DNA of 64,000 nucleotides from Eledone cirrhosa (GCA_964016885.1 OZ024741.1:310682001-310746000); one strand, 5' to 3'. Shown: positions 13,083-27,511, counted from the first letter of the stretch. The notes: generated by a model not told the origin, from the sequence alone. Program-made: numbers and translations.

Positions 13083-15340
13083 ATTTCTTTATTAGCCACA
13101 AGCGCACAAAAGAAGGGGACAAATACAAATGGGGAGTTTACATACAGGTATATGAAAATAAAACTATTAATACAATAACAAATAACAATTGAAATCCCCA
13201 ATAGAGGGGAGGCGTTACACAGGGGTTGTACACACCCCGAAGAGTGAGTACTCCCTTCCTCTCTTCCTCTTTTTCCTCAACCTACAGGCCCAACCATTCG
13301 GGCCATCTTTGCCACATTCAACCACCTTTTATAAACTTTGCTGGGGTACAGCACCTCTCTCTCCATCCTGATTCTTCTTCCAAAATGATATTTGAAAATC
13401 GAATCGGTTGCTCGCCACCATATAACCTCGTCCACCATATAACCTCTTTCACCATAGCCATAACACATAGGAAAACCGCCTCTCCCTCGTTTTTGAAGGA
13501 GGGTGGCGGTTGTATCATGACAATGGATTCGGTGGTCAACTGGATTGGTCCCACCCGCGACAATAGTCGTTCTACATAGCCCCACAGGTCGGAAGTGTAC
13601 AAATGCGTGTGCGACGGTTTCCTTGTCGCGCACGCATCTCGGACAGATCTTTTTCGAAGGGTCCCTACCCGGGCGCCCGTGTCTGTAGAGCTTGTCTCGA
13701 ACCGGTAGAGCTCCTCGGTAGCACTGCCAGGCCAGGGACTTTTGGAAGTTGTCCATTGGTCCCGAGCGGAAGGTCCTACCGAACAGACTGACCAGTTCGT
13801 CCTCCTCTATGCCTAGAGTTTCTCCGAGCGTGTCGTCGCACTTGCTGCGGACCAACCCTCTATACAATGTCGAAGTGGAGTCTCCACTGATCGCCGTGTC
13901 CGTTTGCCAGAGGACTGTGAGTGCCTGAGCACATTCGATGTGCTAATCGCCCATTTTCCTCGATCTTTGCTTGACCCAGGACTGCAGCTCGGTCAGCGAA
14001 ACGAGTCGTGGGAAGGCTCGCCTCCCGAACGGGGCCCACAACGGTTTTCTGGTGAGGAATACGTGGAGGTGCCGCAGCCAGAGCGTGTTTGCGCATCGTC
14101 AGCCACGGCATCCCCAGCCCTCCGTTTGAAAGGTGTTGGCAGCAGATGGATCTTCTCACCAAAGGAGCCCTCTTCTTTTAAAGGAATTGGAAGAGCGCGC
14201 GCTCCATTTTGGTGAGCATTTTGGCTGGACAAGGCACGACGGTCAAGCGGTAGCAGATGACGGACGCTATAAAAGTGTTCGCTACCTCCACTTGACCTTT
14301 CAAGGATAGTTTGCACTCGGCCCACTTCTGGGTGAGCGCAAACACCTTGACCGTCACCTCGTTCCAGTTCTTCTCTACCTGGAGGTCCGGACCAAACCAG
14401 ACCCCGAACAGCCTTACCGGTCCTTCCGTCCAGCGTCCGACGACGTCATCGGAAGGCATCGGTTTCCATCTCCACGTTCCGAGTTGCAAACCGACTGATT
14501 TGTCCCGGTTCAGCTTCGCTCCTGTGAATCTTTCGTATTCCTCCAGTAAGGTGCCGATCTTCCTCGATTTGCGAGGTGCACGAAACTATTATTGTCACGT
14601 CATCGGCGTAGGCCGACGCCGCTTTCCGCAGTCCAGGTTCCAAAAGGATGCCCTGCAATAGCTCCTACTTCCGCAGTAGTGGCTCGAGAGTCAGTACGTA
14701 CAGAAGGGAGGAGAGAGGGCATCCCTGTCGGATGGATCGCGTGATATGGAGCGGCTCCGAGGGGTAGCCGTTCACCATGACCCTTGAGCAGATGTTGCTG
14801 CTGTGCATTGCAGCGATCCAGCCCCTGAACACGGGTCCGAAGCCTGCCGCCTCGAGCACCGCGTCCAGGTAACGATGGTCAACCCTATCGAAAGCCTTAG
14901 ACTGATCTAAGTTGATCAGGGCCCCACCGAAGCCAGGTTTACACCCTACCCTCTCTATGATGTATCGCATGAGGTGGAGATTGTCGTGTATGGACCTGCT
15001 CGGGATTGCGATGTCTGCGCTTCTCAACCAAGTTTTCGACGACAAGCGCCAGCCTCTTTGCCAACACCTTGGCCAAAATCTGTAACTCTGTGTTGAGCAG
15101 AGTTATGGGCCGGAAGTTGCCTATGTCATCCCCCTTGTTCTCGTCCTTCCTGATTAACGTGATTACGGCCTTGGTCACAGAACTGGGAATTCTTCCGTTC
15201 TGCTGTCAGTTGCAGTAGACCGCTTCCAGGAGACCGGAGAACAAGTCCGGCATTGCTACGTAAAATTCGTAGGGAAGACTGTCGAGAGTTGGAGATTTGT
15301 ATTTGCGGCATTCGCTCAGCGCGTCCCCTATCTCAGCGGA
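13083..15340 (-). mobile_element. 5'-truncated Tx1-like LINE (element B), RT and CCHC
   Basis: NFRPITLLN, LDQSKAFDRVD, QGCPLS, YADD and CPRC motifs over several frames; GATA repeats on both sides. Confidence 0.9.
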
Positions 15341-15366
15341 TGGATAGATAGATAGGTAGATAGATA

Positions 15367-18300
15367 TCTTTCTTTATTTGCCACAGGGGCGTACACAAAT
15401 AGGGACATTACAAAACGTGACGGCGGGGGTTTTACACAAAAAGAACTTTAAAATTAATAAATAACAATAAACTATATATAATAAAATAACAATTGAAATC
15501 CCCAGTGGGGGGAACGTTACTGCAGAGTTGTTTTGCACCCCGTGGATAGAACAACCCTCAACACTAGGAACACGTTTTGTAGGTATTCCTGTCTTCCCTC
15601 TGTTTATCTTCCTCAACCTACAGGTTTATATACAGAGAAGGCCCATTCACTCAGGCCATTTTTGCCATTCACCCACCATTCAGCGAATTTACTGGGGTGT
15701 AACACCTCTATTTCCACTCTCACCTTCCTTCTTAAGTGATACTTAAAGAAGGGGATAAGTTGTTTTCCGGAGAGAAAGGCGTTTTCCCTCAGTCCTTTTA
15801 ACCTCGTCCACCATATTACCTCTTTCGCTATAGCCATTAGACAGGGGAAAACCGCCTCTCCTTCCTTCTTAAATGAAGGCGGCGGGGTGATCCACACGAT
15901 GGACTCGGCTGACAACTGGATGCGTCCCACACGTGACAGCAGCTGTTCGACACAATTCCACAGGTCGGTCACAACTGGGTACTGAACAATTGCGTGCAGA
16001 ACGGTTTCGATGTCCTGCTCACATCTTGGACAGGTCCTTTTGGCAGGATCTCTGCCAGGGCGTCCGTGCCTGTAGATTTTGTCTCGAACTGGTAGAGCTA
16101 TTCGGTAGCACTGCCAAGCCAGAGACCTCTGGAAGTTATCCATAGGCCCTGGACGGAAAGTCCTCCCGAACAGACTGGTCAGTTCGTCCTCCTCGATGCC
16201 TAGAGTTTCCCCGAGAACGTCGTCGCACTTATCCTCCACTAATCCCCTATAGAATGTCGAAGTGAAGTCTCCGCTGATTGCCGTTTCCGCTTGATAGAGG
16301 GCTGTGAGCCCCTGTAGGCACTCGAGGTGCCAGGCCCCCATTTTCGGACTTCGCTTGACCCAGGACTGCAGCTCTGTTAGTGAGACGAGTTGTGGAAGAG
16401 CTCGTCTCACAAAGGACAGCCACACCGGTTCACCAGTCAGGAATACGTGGAGATGGCGTAGCCTCAGCGCATGTTTGCGCATAATCAGCCACAGCAAGCC
16501 CAGCCCTCCGTTAGAAGGGTGTTGACAACAGATGGATCTCCTCACCAATGGAGCCTGTTTTTTCCAGAGGAACTTGAACAGTAGGCATTCAATTTTGGTA
16601 AGGTATTCGCGGGGGCAAGGCACGACTGTCAAGCGGTAGTAGATGACGGATGCCATTCATCTTGACTGCCGAGCAGATGCTGGTGTGCATGGCAGCGATC
16701 CAGCCTCTGAAGACGGGACCGAAGCCGGCCGCCTTGAGAACCACTTCCAAGTATTGATGGTCGACCCCATCAAATGCTTTAGACTGATCTAAATTGATCA
16801 GAGCCCCACCAAAGCTAGGTTTACACCCTACCCTCTCTATGATGTATCGCATAAGGTGGAGGTTGTCGTGTATGGACCTGGTCAAGATTTCACACGTTTG
16901 GGCTTCCCCTACCAGGTTCTCGACGACAAGCGCCAGCCTTGTGGCTAACACCTTGGCCAAAATCTTTAACTCTGTGTTGAGCAGAGTTATGGGCCTGAAA
17001 TTGTTTATCTCATTCCCCTTGTTCTCATCTTTCCTGATCAGTGTTACTACGCTTCTTCCTACATAACCGGGACTCCTCCCGTTATGCTGCCAGTTGCATT
17101 AGACCGCTTCGAGGACGCCAGAGAACAAGTCTGGCATGCCTATGTAAAACTCATAGGGTAAACCATCTAAACCGGGTGATTTGTGTTTCCCGCAGCGGTC
17201 CAGAGCATCTTTTATTTCGCCCGCTGTGATCGGCCTTTCGCATCTCTCCGCATCCGTGCTCGAGAGTTGCGGTACGCCGTCGAGGTAGGAGCTGAAGTCC
17301 ATCACCTTGCTCGATGTACCGCTTTGCCTGAACAGTTGGGAAAAATGCTGCTGGAAGGCCGCGCACATCTGCTTGGATTCAAGTATAATGCGTCCATCTT
17401 TGTCTTGCAAAGACCGAATTGTGGATTTGTTGCCACTTTTCGACTCTGCCACTCGGGCCCAGGTAACAGCATTGGCTCCCTCGTTTCTTAGAGCACGTGT
17501 TCTACTTCTGACAATACAACCTTCGTGTTACACGTTGAAGAACTGGTCTAATGCCGTTCTCGCCGCTCGCACGTCAGCTGTACTGCCATTCCTAAGTGCC
17601 TCTTCTATTTTAGCTACCAGTTCCTCTTCAGTTTTGATTTTTTCTAAAGCTACTTCCTGGCTAAATGCTATTGATTCTATTCTAATTGCTCTCTTAAAAG
17701 AGCTCCACCACCTGTTGTTGACGTTCGCCCGCGTCAACTGGCACTTAACTAAGGTGCTAATCCGTTTACTGTAGGCCTTACGCGGCCCGGAGCGACATGT
17801 TTAGCTTCCAGTATCCGGGTCCCTGTCTATATGTTCTATTAAGGTTGACCACGCAGGTGACAAATTTGTGGTCTGAATAGGCAACCATGTGCATTTGTGG
17901 ACTGCGTAATGTTTCCTTATCATTGTCTAATTACAAATCTATCTAAATACGATCTAGAAGACCCAGTGCGGTTGCTCCACGTCCACAGTGGTGCACTTAG
18001 GAAATCTAGTCGATATCTATCAGCCAGTTGGAATTGGCTGATTACATTTTTGAGGCTATTACACCCACCTCTATTATCACAAGCTCCTACATAGTCCAAA
18101 CGTGCGTCTAAGATGCCATTCCAGTCTCCCGCTAACACTAAGGAGCGAGACGTTCCCAGGAATGGTTCCAGGCGCTTCAAGAACTCTGGTCGCGATGTCC
18201 CAGTCGGGGCATATACGGCCACCAGTCTGAAAGCTCCACCTTCACTACCATTCACGTCCAGGACCACCATGTTGCCCTCCGTGTCCAAGTGAATCGTCTG

Positions 18301-20448
18301 TATTTTGAGATCCAAGTTTTTTTGAAACAGAACAGCACCTCCCCTCCACCTCCTGGCTGACAGAGAGATGCGTAGATCTCAAATCTTCGAACATGGGGCT
18401 TAGCTGCTGCTTGTTGTGAATCGTGGACTCGGTGATGTGGCTATTACATCTATACAATGTGACCTGAGATCATTTAAAAGCTGGCCCTGTTTCCAGCGCA
18501 TGCCCAGGCCACGTACATTCAAACATCCAGCTTGTATAGTCGCCATGTTGGTGAAGAAGAGTTAAGGAGAGAAAAGGCAGGAGCACTTACCTTTTCGTTT
18601 CCTGGCGGTCGGGTTGTTCGATCTCCATGTCCAGATGGGTGGTGTTTGCGGAGGGAGGGAATCCTTTTAACAGGACACGGTTAAGGGGCTTTTGACAAGG
18701 TGGGCCCACATCATGTGGGAAGTTCTCTTTTAAAGTTTCATACTGTAGGGTTGTTACCCTGATAAGTTTGAGGTTTGGGGTGGGTCGTTGGTGGGGAAGG
18801 TTTTCCCTTCCGTTTGTATTGTGGGGTCCTTTCGGACAGTTTGCACCAGTTCTTTGTTTCTTGTTTTTATGTATGTGTAGTGTGTTTTGTTTTTTATGTG
18901 TACTGTTTCTGTTTGTAGTTTTCTTTTTGTGGTTGGGGTTTGTGATTGTGGTGGTGTGGGTGTTTGCTTTGTTGGTAAAGTGTTTGGATGTGTTGGTGGT
19001 GATTGTGTTGTTGGTGTGTTTGCCGTTTGTGGCGGTGTGTTTATGGTGGGGTTGGGTGTGTGCGTCTTTTCTGTAGATGTTTTTGTGTCTTTTTTGTTTT
19101 TTAGATTTTTTGGGATTCTCTTCATTCTCACTTGAAGATGTAGAGGCTCCCGTGTCTGAGACTTCTGAATCAGGGGTAGATGGGAGCGGTATGTTGTGTG
19201 GTGGAGTGTTTGTGCAGGTGTTTGTGGAAGTATTTGACAGGGGGGGAGGCAATGGAGGGTTTTTCAGTGGGATTTTGTGTGTGGTTGTCTCTGGTCTGTG
19301 GTGAGGTGGGAGTGGATGTTGCAGGTGTTTGTGTTGTGTTTGGTTTGGAGTGTTGATGTTGGGGTTTTGGTGTTGGTGATAACACCTTGTTTGTCCTCGG
19401 TTTGTTTAAGTAAGGGCAAAAGGCCTTTAAGTGTGTGGTTTATCTACACATATGGCACTGACGTCTTTTCCCCTCCACTAAAATTGAGATAACATATTCC
19501 TGAAGGACGATCCTGTCCGGTATTTTCTCAACTCTCTCTGGCCTCATTTGTACCAGAACCTCGATGCAGGTTCCAAACCAGTTACGCCGGTCTGTCCTGT
19601 CTACAGATAGGAGGGTGTCCTCATCCTTCTTCAGGATGCAGCGTAGGATCCACCATATGTTGACCTCTGTTGGGATCCTGGTTATTTTTATTTTGTAGGA
19701 TCTTCTTCCCATGTATGTGGGGAAGAAGATGTGTTGATCCGCTTTTATTGGGTGAATCGAGTGTTTTTGTGCCAGAGTTTCGCTCTTAAAGAGCACTGAC
19801 CCAAATATTGGGACTTTTGGGAAATGTCGATGGAGTAGTATTTAAAATCTTGTTGCTGTAACTAAAATTTTGTTATTGTTGTTGTTGGTGGTGATGATGG
19901 TCTCATTCGTTGTGTTGCCACTGATTCCTTTTGTTGTGTTGTTGTTGATCTCATTTATTGTGTTGTTGTTGTTGTTGGTTGTGGTGGTGTTAGTGTTTGC
20001 TACACATACTTCCTTCCGTGTGTGGATACATGTGACGTTTGTGACGTTTGTGACGTTAGGCGTGTTCAGTTGCTTACAAGCAGCTGAAGTTTGTTCCTCT
20101 TCTAAATGTTGAGTCGATAATGTTGGCATTCCTTTGTCCATGTCTGCTACTACCTGCTAGTCAAGTAGGTATGGCTTTCCCTTTCCATCTTCTTGTTTTG
20201 ACGGAGAAGTAGATGCCTTTGCTTCAGCCATTTTTTTAAAATTGAAGTGTGTTGCAAACATTTTTTTCGAATATATTTGGGATGTTTTTGCCCTGAGGGG
20301 CACAATATTTTGGGAGACTGACCAGATCAATATTTGACCTGTCAGTCCCTCTACAAATTGGCATAAAAATAAAAGTTCACAATGACGAATTTGTAAAGAA
20401 ATTTAAACAAAACTTACCGAGCAAGTTTAACACATGTGTCCATCCAAG
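15367..20448 (-). mobile_element. Full-span degenerate Tx1-like LINE (element C) with an internal RT deletion
   Basis: ORF1 pieces 18587-20230 and ORF2 ATG at 18546; APE and RT pieces present; the sequence jumps from SAVKMNG to ASVIYYRL near 16655, losing QG and YADD; GATA repeats on both flanks. Confidence 0.9.
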
Positions 20449-20481
20449 AGATAGATAGTTAGACAAATGGATAGATAGATA

Positions 20482-21617
20482 TCTTTCTTTATTTGCCACA
20501 GGGGCGTACAAAAATGGGACATTACAATGATGAATAACCATAAACTATATATAAAATAAAACAATCGAAACCCCCATTAGGGGGGAACGTTACTGTGGGG
20601 TTGTTTTACATCCCCGTGGATAGAACAACCCTCAACACCAGGAACACGTTTTGTAGGTGTTCCCGTCTTCCCTCTGTTTATCTTCCTCAACTTACAGGTA
20701 TAGATACAGAGAAAGCCCATTCACTCGGGCCCTTTTCGCCACATTCACCCACCTTTCAGCGAATTTACTGAGGTGTAGCCTCTCTCTCTCCACTCTCACC
20801 TTCCTTCTGTGGTACTTAAAGAAGGGGATAAGTTGTTGTCCGGAGAGAAAGATGTTTGCCCTCAGTCCTTTTAACCTCGTCCACCATATTACCTCTTTCG
20901 CCATAGCCACATACAGTGGAAGACCGCCTCTCCTTCTCTCTTAAATGAAGGCGGCGGGGTGATCCTCACGATGGACTCAGCTAACAACTGGATGTGTCCT
21001 ACACGTGACAGTAGCTGTTCGACATAATTCCACAGGTCGGTCACCCTTGGGCACTGAACAATTGTGTGCAGAACGGTTTCAATGTCCTGCTCGCATCTTG
21101 GACAGATCCATTTAGCAGGATCTCTGCCAGGGCGTCCGTGCCTGTAGATTTTGTCTCGTACTGGTAGAGTTCCTCGGTAGCACTGCCATACCAGAGACTT
21201 CTGGAAGTTATCCATAGGCCTTGGACGGAAGGTCCTCCCGAACAGACATGTCTGTTCGTCTTCCTCGATGCGTAGAGGTTCTCCTAGAACGTCGTCACAC
21301 CTATCCTCTACCAATCCCCTCAAATGTCGAAGTGGAGTCTCCACTGATTGCCGTTTCCGCTTGGTAGAGGGCTGTGAGCGCCTGGAGGCACTCGCGTGTC
21401 AGGCGCCCATTTTCGGCCTTCGCTTGATCCAGAACTGCAGCTCTGTTAGTGAGACAAGTTGTGGAAGAGCTCGTCTCACAAAGGACAGCCACACCGGTTC
21501 GCTGGTCAGGAATACCTGGAGATGGCCTAGCCTCAGCGCGTGTTTGCGTATCATCAGCCACGGTTGCCGAGCCCTCCGTTAGAAGGGTGTTGACAGCAGA
21601 TGGATCTCCTCACCAAT
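20482..21617 (-). mobile_element. 5'-truncated Tx1-like LINE (element D), same subfamily as C
   Basis: High similarity to 15367-16550; GATA-repeat flanks. Confidence 0.9.
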
Positions 21618-22147
21618 TGGAGATATATAGATGAATAGGTAGATAGATTAGATAGATAAACACACAGACAGACAAATGGATAGATAAACTGAAGCTAAAT
21701 AGATAACCCGAGAGATATATGTTGCGTTCCTTATTTGAGGAGATATAGATACATATAAAACAGCTGTGTTATAACATTGTGCAGATGGATATTTCATGTC
21801 AATAGTGTGTGTGTGTGTGGGAGATAGATGTAGGACCCAATATATCGAAATGCACCCATCATGAAATTAAGACTTCCCAAACAAAACAACCACAAACTGG
21901 TTGTCACGTGATCATATATTTTCTTATCAATATTTTTAAGTGTGTTAGTTTGTATAAATGTATAAATAAACATACACGCACGCACACACACATACACCCC
22001 GCCCTCACGCACGTTATAATTCTGGTGGCTTAGTTAGGATCTAGTTGTTGAAACGGCCGGAGCACAGCCGTCGGGGTCCTGACTCTTTTCCTATATGTAT
22101 GTGTAAGTGTGTGTATATTTATTTAAATTTATATTTCAGACAGTTCA

Positions 22148-22393
22148 CTACGAAATTCTGGTTTCCTCACGTAAGTTAAAATTTCCGTTCCTTGCTAATC
22201 TTTCATATGCGCGTGTATTGACGACTTGATATAAATCTAGCAATAACACGCCACAGAATACAAATTTAGAGAATTTTAAAAGAAAATGCGTGTTGTCCTC
22301 CACCATAGTGTCCACATAAATCACAACATACAGTCCGTTTTCTCCAGAATATATATATTCCTCTGGAATTCGCTCGGTGGATATCCTTATCAT
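22148..22393 (-). CDS. Candidate terminal coding exon (Tyr-containing cytoplasmic tail) of the EGF-repeat gene
   Basis: Acceptor ctgtag directly before ATGATAAGG; phase 0 matches the upstream exon; 81 open codons to a stop; no homology evidence available. Confidence 0.35.
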   Translation of the reverse strand: MIRISTERIPEEYIYSGENGLYVVIYVDTMVEDNTHFLLKFSKFVFCGVLLLDLYQVVNTRAYERLARNGNFNLREETRIS

Positions 22394-22557
22394 CTACAGG
22401 TCTTATCTACGTAATTTCATGACATTTAGGGAAATCATATATGAGTAAAAGTCACATAACAGAGACTGTAATAAAATATTTCTTTGGTTTTCGAGAATAT
22501 TATAGTTTTACCAAACAAAGTATAGACATTGAAGAGTTAGTAAAACAATCAACTCAC

Positions 22558-22666
22558 ATGTCTACTTGCACTTCTTTTCTTAGCACGCTTCATTATCACT
22601 TCCTTTTCCGCTGACTTTTCCAATTCCTTTCTGCAGTCTTTTCTTCTGAGTTTTCTTTTATTCATC
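22558..22666 (-). CDS. Candidate juxtamembrane exon (RMNKRKLRRKDCRKELEKSAEKEVIMKRAKKRSASRH)
   Basis: Acceptor ttgcag, donor gtgagt, 109 nt, phase 2 to phase 0, open frame; basic cluster typical of the region just after a TM helix. Confidence 0.5.
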
Positions 22667-23026
22667 CTGCAAGTGGTTGTACATATTTCATTACAATTTT
22701 TTATGTATCCTAATTACAACGTATTATGTTTACTCTATCGCCTACATATGTTAATACAATCATGGCACCTGGTTTCTGTGAGAGGAGCTATATTTTGAAC
22801 AAGTGGGTGGTAAAAGTGAGAACTAGATTGTAATGTAGAAAATTGTTTTTCAGGTTTAGACATAAAAACATGTTACAGTTAAATTACAAATTAATAATTA
22901 ATCTTATTACAGCAAATGGAAATTTAAAAGTTATTAAATATCATTGTACTTAACAAAATTAAAATAACTGACGAGGGAATGACGACTTGGTAACAATTTC
23001 ATATTCAGTCATATCTATAACACATT

Positions 23027-23430
23027 GGATTGGCAGTATCGGTAGAGGGTTAGACACCATGCTTTCCAGCATAGTTAAGTCCCTTTACGGCCTGAGTTCA
23101 AATCTCGCCGAGGTTAACTTTGCCTTTCATCCTTACGAGGTCGATAAAATAAAGTATCAGTAATACATTGGGATAATTGCTGACCTTGTGCCAAAAGTAG
23201 AAACAATTATTTCTCATCGAAGAAAGGGAGTGGATTGACAGAATCGGTAGAGGGTCTGACGCCATGTTTTGCAGCAAAGAGTTACGGCCTTTTATGATCT
23301 GAGTTCAAATCCCGCCAAAGTTAACTTTGCCTTTCATCCATACGGGATCGATAAAATATAGTACCAGTAATAGACTGAGATAATTGCTGGCCTTGTGCCA
23401 AAATTAGAAACAATTATTTCTCATCGAAGA
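23027..23430 (+). mobile_element. Two head-to-tail tRNA-derived SINE copies
   Basis: Two ~190-bp copies, each with A/B boxes and followed by AATTATTTCTCATCGAAGA. Confidence 0.88.
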
Positions 23431-24975
23431 CATCTGGTATCACTACTAATTTCCAGAGAGATATTCTCATCGAACAATCTAATTCCTCCATTGTTATATA
23501 ATTGAAACAATTAACCTAGGTAAGATCATTATTTTAAACAATATGAAATATGTTCTTGTGTCATTTATTTTCACTCATTTATGTTCTGATACGAATGTGA
23601 TTTTCACCGCTACTGCTTAGTCGATAGAATAAGTAACAGTCTTGTATTGCGAATCGGTTCGGTTTCTCAATACATATGTCATGCCAGTTTATATTATTGT
23701 GGCCATGTAAGTCATATTTCTTATAGGCAATATGCCTTACGTACATATATCAGTGCTGATGCAAATTGGTAACTATTTAAAAAATTGTTAATCTTATATA
23801 ATTAGATTTCTGGATAATATATTTGATGTTAGTCGGCTGAGACTTCATCAGATTGAGTGTTATCCCGTATTTTAAATTTTATTTTAACTGGGTTTGGGAA
23901 ATATATAGTTATTGAGATAATATCTATAACATGATCTATTGAATAAGGATAATGCATGAGGTAAAGGTATTTGAGTGTCTTGTATGTGTCAACACTTATT
24001 TGTTAGAAAGTTATTTGAATGGTTAACATATTTATTAAAATTGGGGATGAGAAGCTTTCTTTATGGCTGCTGGACCTGCTAAAGAAAGCAGTCAAAAACA
24101 CATAATGTTGTTCGCAAGACACCTAAATATCAGTATGGTGATGACTAAAATGTTTTTGATGATAGGTGTCTTCAGTTATGACTGACCTGAGCCTAAACAA
24201 CAACTGAAGTGGGATAAAATTAGTAAACTCCTACTCCAGTAAATTTTACAGTTATTAAACAGGAAATTATCTCCGGATGGGTTTGAGCATGGACTAATGT
24301 AGTAGTGAAAAGCTATAATAGAATATAACATTTGGTTTCTTCATAATTAAGATATTATTTAATTTCCGAAAACTTTTGGTTAGCAGAGGCGGTAGCGCGC
24401 TGTTCTTCATGACATGTTGCAATGACATTTATCCTTTCACATATACAGTTTATATCTCATTCAATAGAATCTTGACTTCCATTCTTTCGTCCCTGATAGA
24501 GTTTCTATGATTAGTGAACTTTTTATATATTTACATCTAAACTTCCCTAAAATTTGTGTCCTTTAATTGTGATCTTCAAAATATCTGTTTATCCTGCGTT
24601 AGTTTTAAACAATTACATCCCCATTGGAATTGTTTGGTCTTCTGCCAAATCGATGATTTTTATTATACAATCAAATATGCTATCTGTCTAAACAAAAAAT
24701 TGAAATCTAACCAAGTTGTCGTCTTACAGCTTACTTATATGTCTCTCTCTCCGTAAATATAGTACTGCATCATTGTGTTCATTGTATTCACAACTAAATC
24801 AGTTGCCTGGTAGAGATATTGTCACTGTATTAGACCTCGAGATATTAGACTCAATTATAAACTGTTTCAATAAGTATGCATTTGACTCGAGACATTTTGT
24901 ACTTGTAACGGTATAAAAAAAAACAACTTAATATTGCTTGGGCTATAGAAAATGTAATTAGCTAATCAAAATATA

Positions 24976-25420
24976 CTAGACCTGAAAAATGCTCAAGCTC
25001 AAAAGAACCACAGAATGTTATAATAAACCTTCAAAAGTGTGGGACTGGAGCTGTTGCTAAAAAATATTGTAATCATTATGTCTCGTACATTCTGTGGCAT
25101 CCTTTTATAAAAAACAGACTCATAACGAACTCAAGACGACACGATAATTACTTAAGCTAATGTTCAATATCTCATATTAGATGTTTAGTAATGATTAATA
25201 CGAAATGCACTTAAAGCGAATTCTATATTATAAATTCTCTTAAATAATTATCGTGTCGTCTTGACTTCGTTATGAGTCGCTTTTTTATAAAAGGATGCCA
25301 CAGAGTGTACGATAGATAATGATTACAATATTTTTGAGCTACAACTCTAGTCCCACACTTTTGAAGGTTTATTATAACATTCTGTGGCTCTTTTGAACTT
25401 GCGCATTTTTCAGGTCTAGT
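24976..25420. mobile_element. MITE-like fold-back element with ~175-bp imperfect terminal inverted repeats
   Basis: ACTAGACCTGAAAAATG...ACGATAATTA (24976-25150) is the reverse complement of 25245-25420; ~95-bp spacer. Confidence 0.75.
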
Positions 25421-26460
25421 TTAATACTTTTTTAAGGCAACGCTTGTAATAACTCTAGTTAAACATGATATATGTTAATAATAAATTAAATAAATTATCG
25501 TTGTAATGTAATTAGATTATATAATTGCTATTTTATAAATGATCTTATAAATATTATTGTAAGATGTATAAAAATATTTTCAGACTTTTAATAGTTAATA
25601 TACATTTAAAAAATCATATATAAATTAACAATATAACTTAGAGAAAAATATTTTGATGATAAACGACGAAATACTGGAGGAGGATTCGAAAGGGAAACGA
25701 TAGATAAACGTGGAAACAAAGTGGCGGATGCTTTTGAACAACAATTACTCTGGGTAGTTGATTAGCCAATAAGACGATGAAATTAGTCAATAAGACGATA
25801 CATTACAAAAGATGTTTGGGAGGCATCACTACGGCCAGCGATACCCTTGAATTGTTTATTCACAAGCAACGCATGTATGTCAGACACGCAAACTTAAAAC
25901 ATTCTATTGTTAGTCACTGCGTGTCTCACAGATAGGATATTCACAATATTAAGAACTAGATGTAATACTTTACAGTTTCCATCTTTAATACCTGATGTAT
26001 CTGTATTCAAATAATATCAAGACAAAGCTTGTTTTAACCAATGAAACACAATTACTGTGTTGGTGTCAAGAAGAAATTTCTAAAATGTCCTGGTCAAATT
26101 ATGAGGCAATAATTAGTGAAACGACTGCAATTAGTACATTTAATATTATACGTGGATATTAATATTTACCGAACAACCTAACTGGGAAAATAAGTATGAA
26201 TATTGAAAACCCATCGCTGAAACATACGGAAGCCAATTACACAATATACAAATATAAAACAAAATACAATTTTATTAACTCTAAATCTAAACATCAGACA
26301 GATTCAAATTCACCAATTTCTTCTAACAATTATATTGATACAAAAAATCACATACCTGGAAAGGATTACTGCCATCACACATGCAACTAACAGGAAAGCT
26401 AGAAACAAAATCAACACACCATAAGCGGGAGGTATTCCGGCTATTTCTGTCGAAAGGTAA

Positions 26461-26534
<74 letters not shown>

Positions 26535-27154
26535 AAATGGGGAGAAGAATACTGCAGGTTGCACATGGATAACATGTTATAAAATGAGTCCCTCATCAGT
26601 GATTTGCCAACGATCATAGATATTTCATTGCATTAAAAATGATATACCTCACGTTGGTGCAATAATAACTAAATTAAGTTATTAGGACAATTAAAACGCG
26701 TAAAGCGAGTGAGACAAGTAAACAACAAAGAGGAAAGCTAACCGTAGATAGGAAGGGCACAAGCTACATAGTTATTCTGTCAGCATAAGCTGGGTGAATA
26801 TATGAGCGCGTAGAAAAAAGACCTTTCGAGATGAATCCAAATGTAAGAAAGAAGGAAATTGTTTTCGTCGCGAACGGGGTGAAGTGAGAAGGGGAGAAAC
26901 AGTGAGTGAGTGAGTGGAAGTGTGAGGAAGAGGTCAGTAGAGAGAAAGTGTTAACTGACATGACAGAGGGGGCGAAAGAAAGTAAGAGAAACAGAGAGAA
27001 TGAGGGAGCAGTAAGAGAGAGAGAGAGAGAGAAAAACAGAATCGCAGTTTAGGTAAATATATGTGAAAAAATGGGGAGAAGAATACTGCAGGTTGCACAT
27101 GGATAACATGTTATAAAATGAGTCCCTCATTTATAATATATTATATTATATATA

Positions 27155-27490
27155 TCGTTTCTGAATTTGTTTAGCAAGATTCTTTATCTGAAAACGTGTG
27201 TTGAAACCGATATTGTTATACTTGGGTGGGTGATGGTGGGGGTGGGGGTCATGTTGCCAATAAGAAACACACGCACCAGTTGCTTTCACTTCAATTTATT
27301 ATAATAAATTTATGAATTTATGAATTTATAAATTTCAGGTTGGTTGGTTGGTTCCACAACCATATGGTTGTTTATATATTGTCAACGTTCTTTCGTCACA
27401 CATTCTGTGACCTCTTCAGTGACTGGGGATTCTTTTCTTTGTTTGTTGTGCCTTTCCTTTGTTCTGTCCTACGCCATCTTGTTTTTGTGT
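27155..27490 (-). repeat. Single copy of the HHR-like repeat that is folded back at 46555-47146
   Basis: Close similarity to 46555-46870; TA-repeat flanks. Confidence 0.8.
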
Positions 27491-27511
27491 GTATTATATA
27501 TATATATATAT

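Noticed and set aside
23825-23856. Minus-strand CTGATGA-agtc..gact hairpin
   Set aside because: GAAA is replaced by AACA and there is no convincing stem I
25640-26150. Possible transposase remnant
   Set aside because: No recognisable motif or open frame could be established
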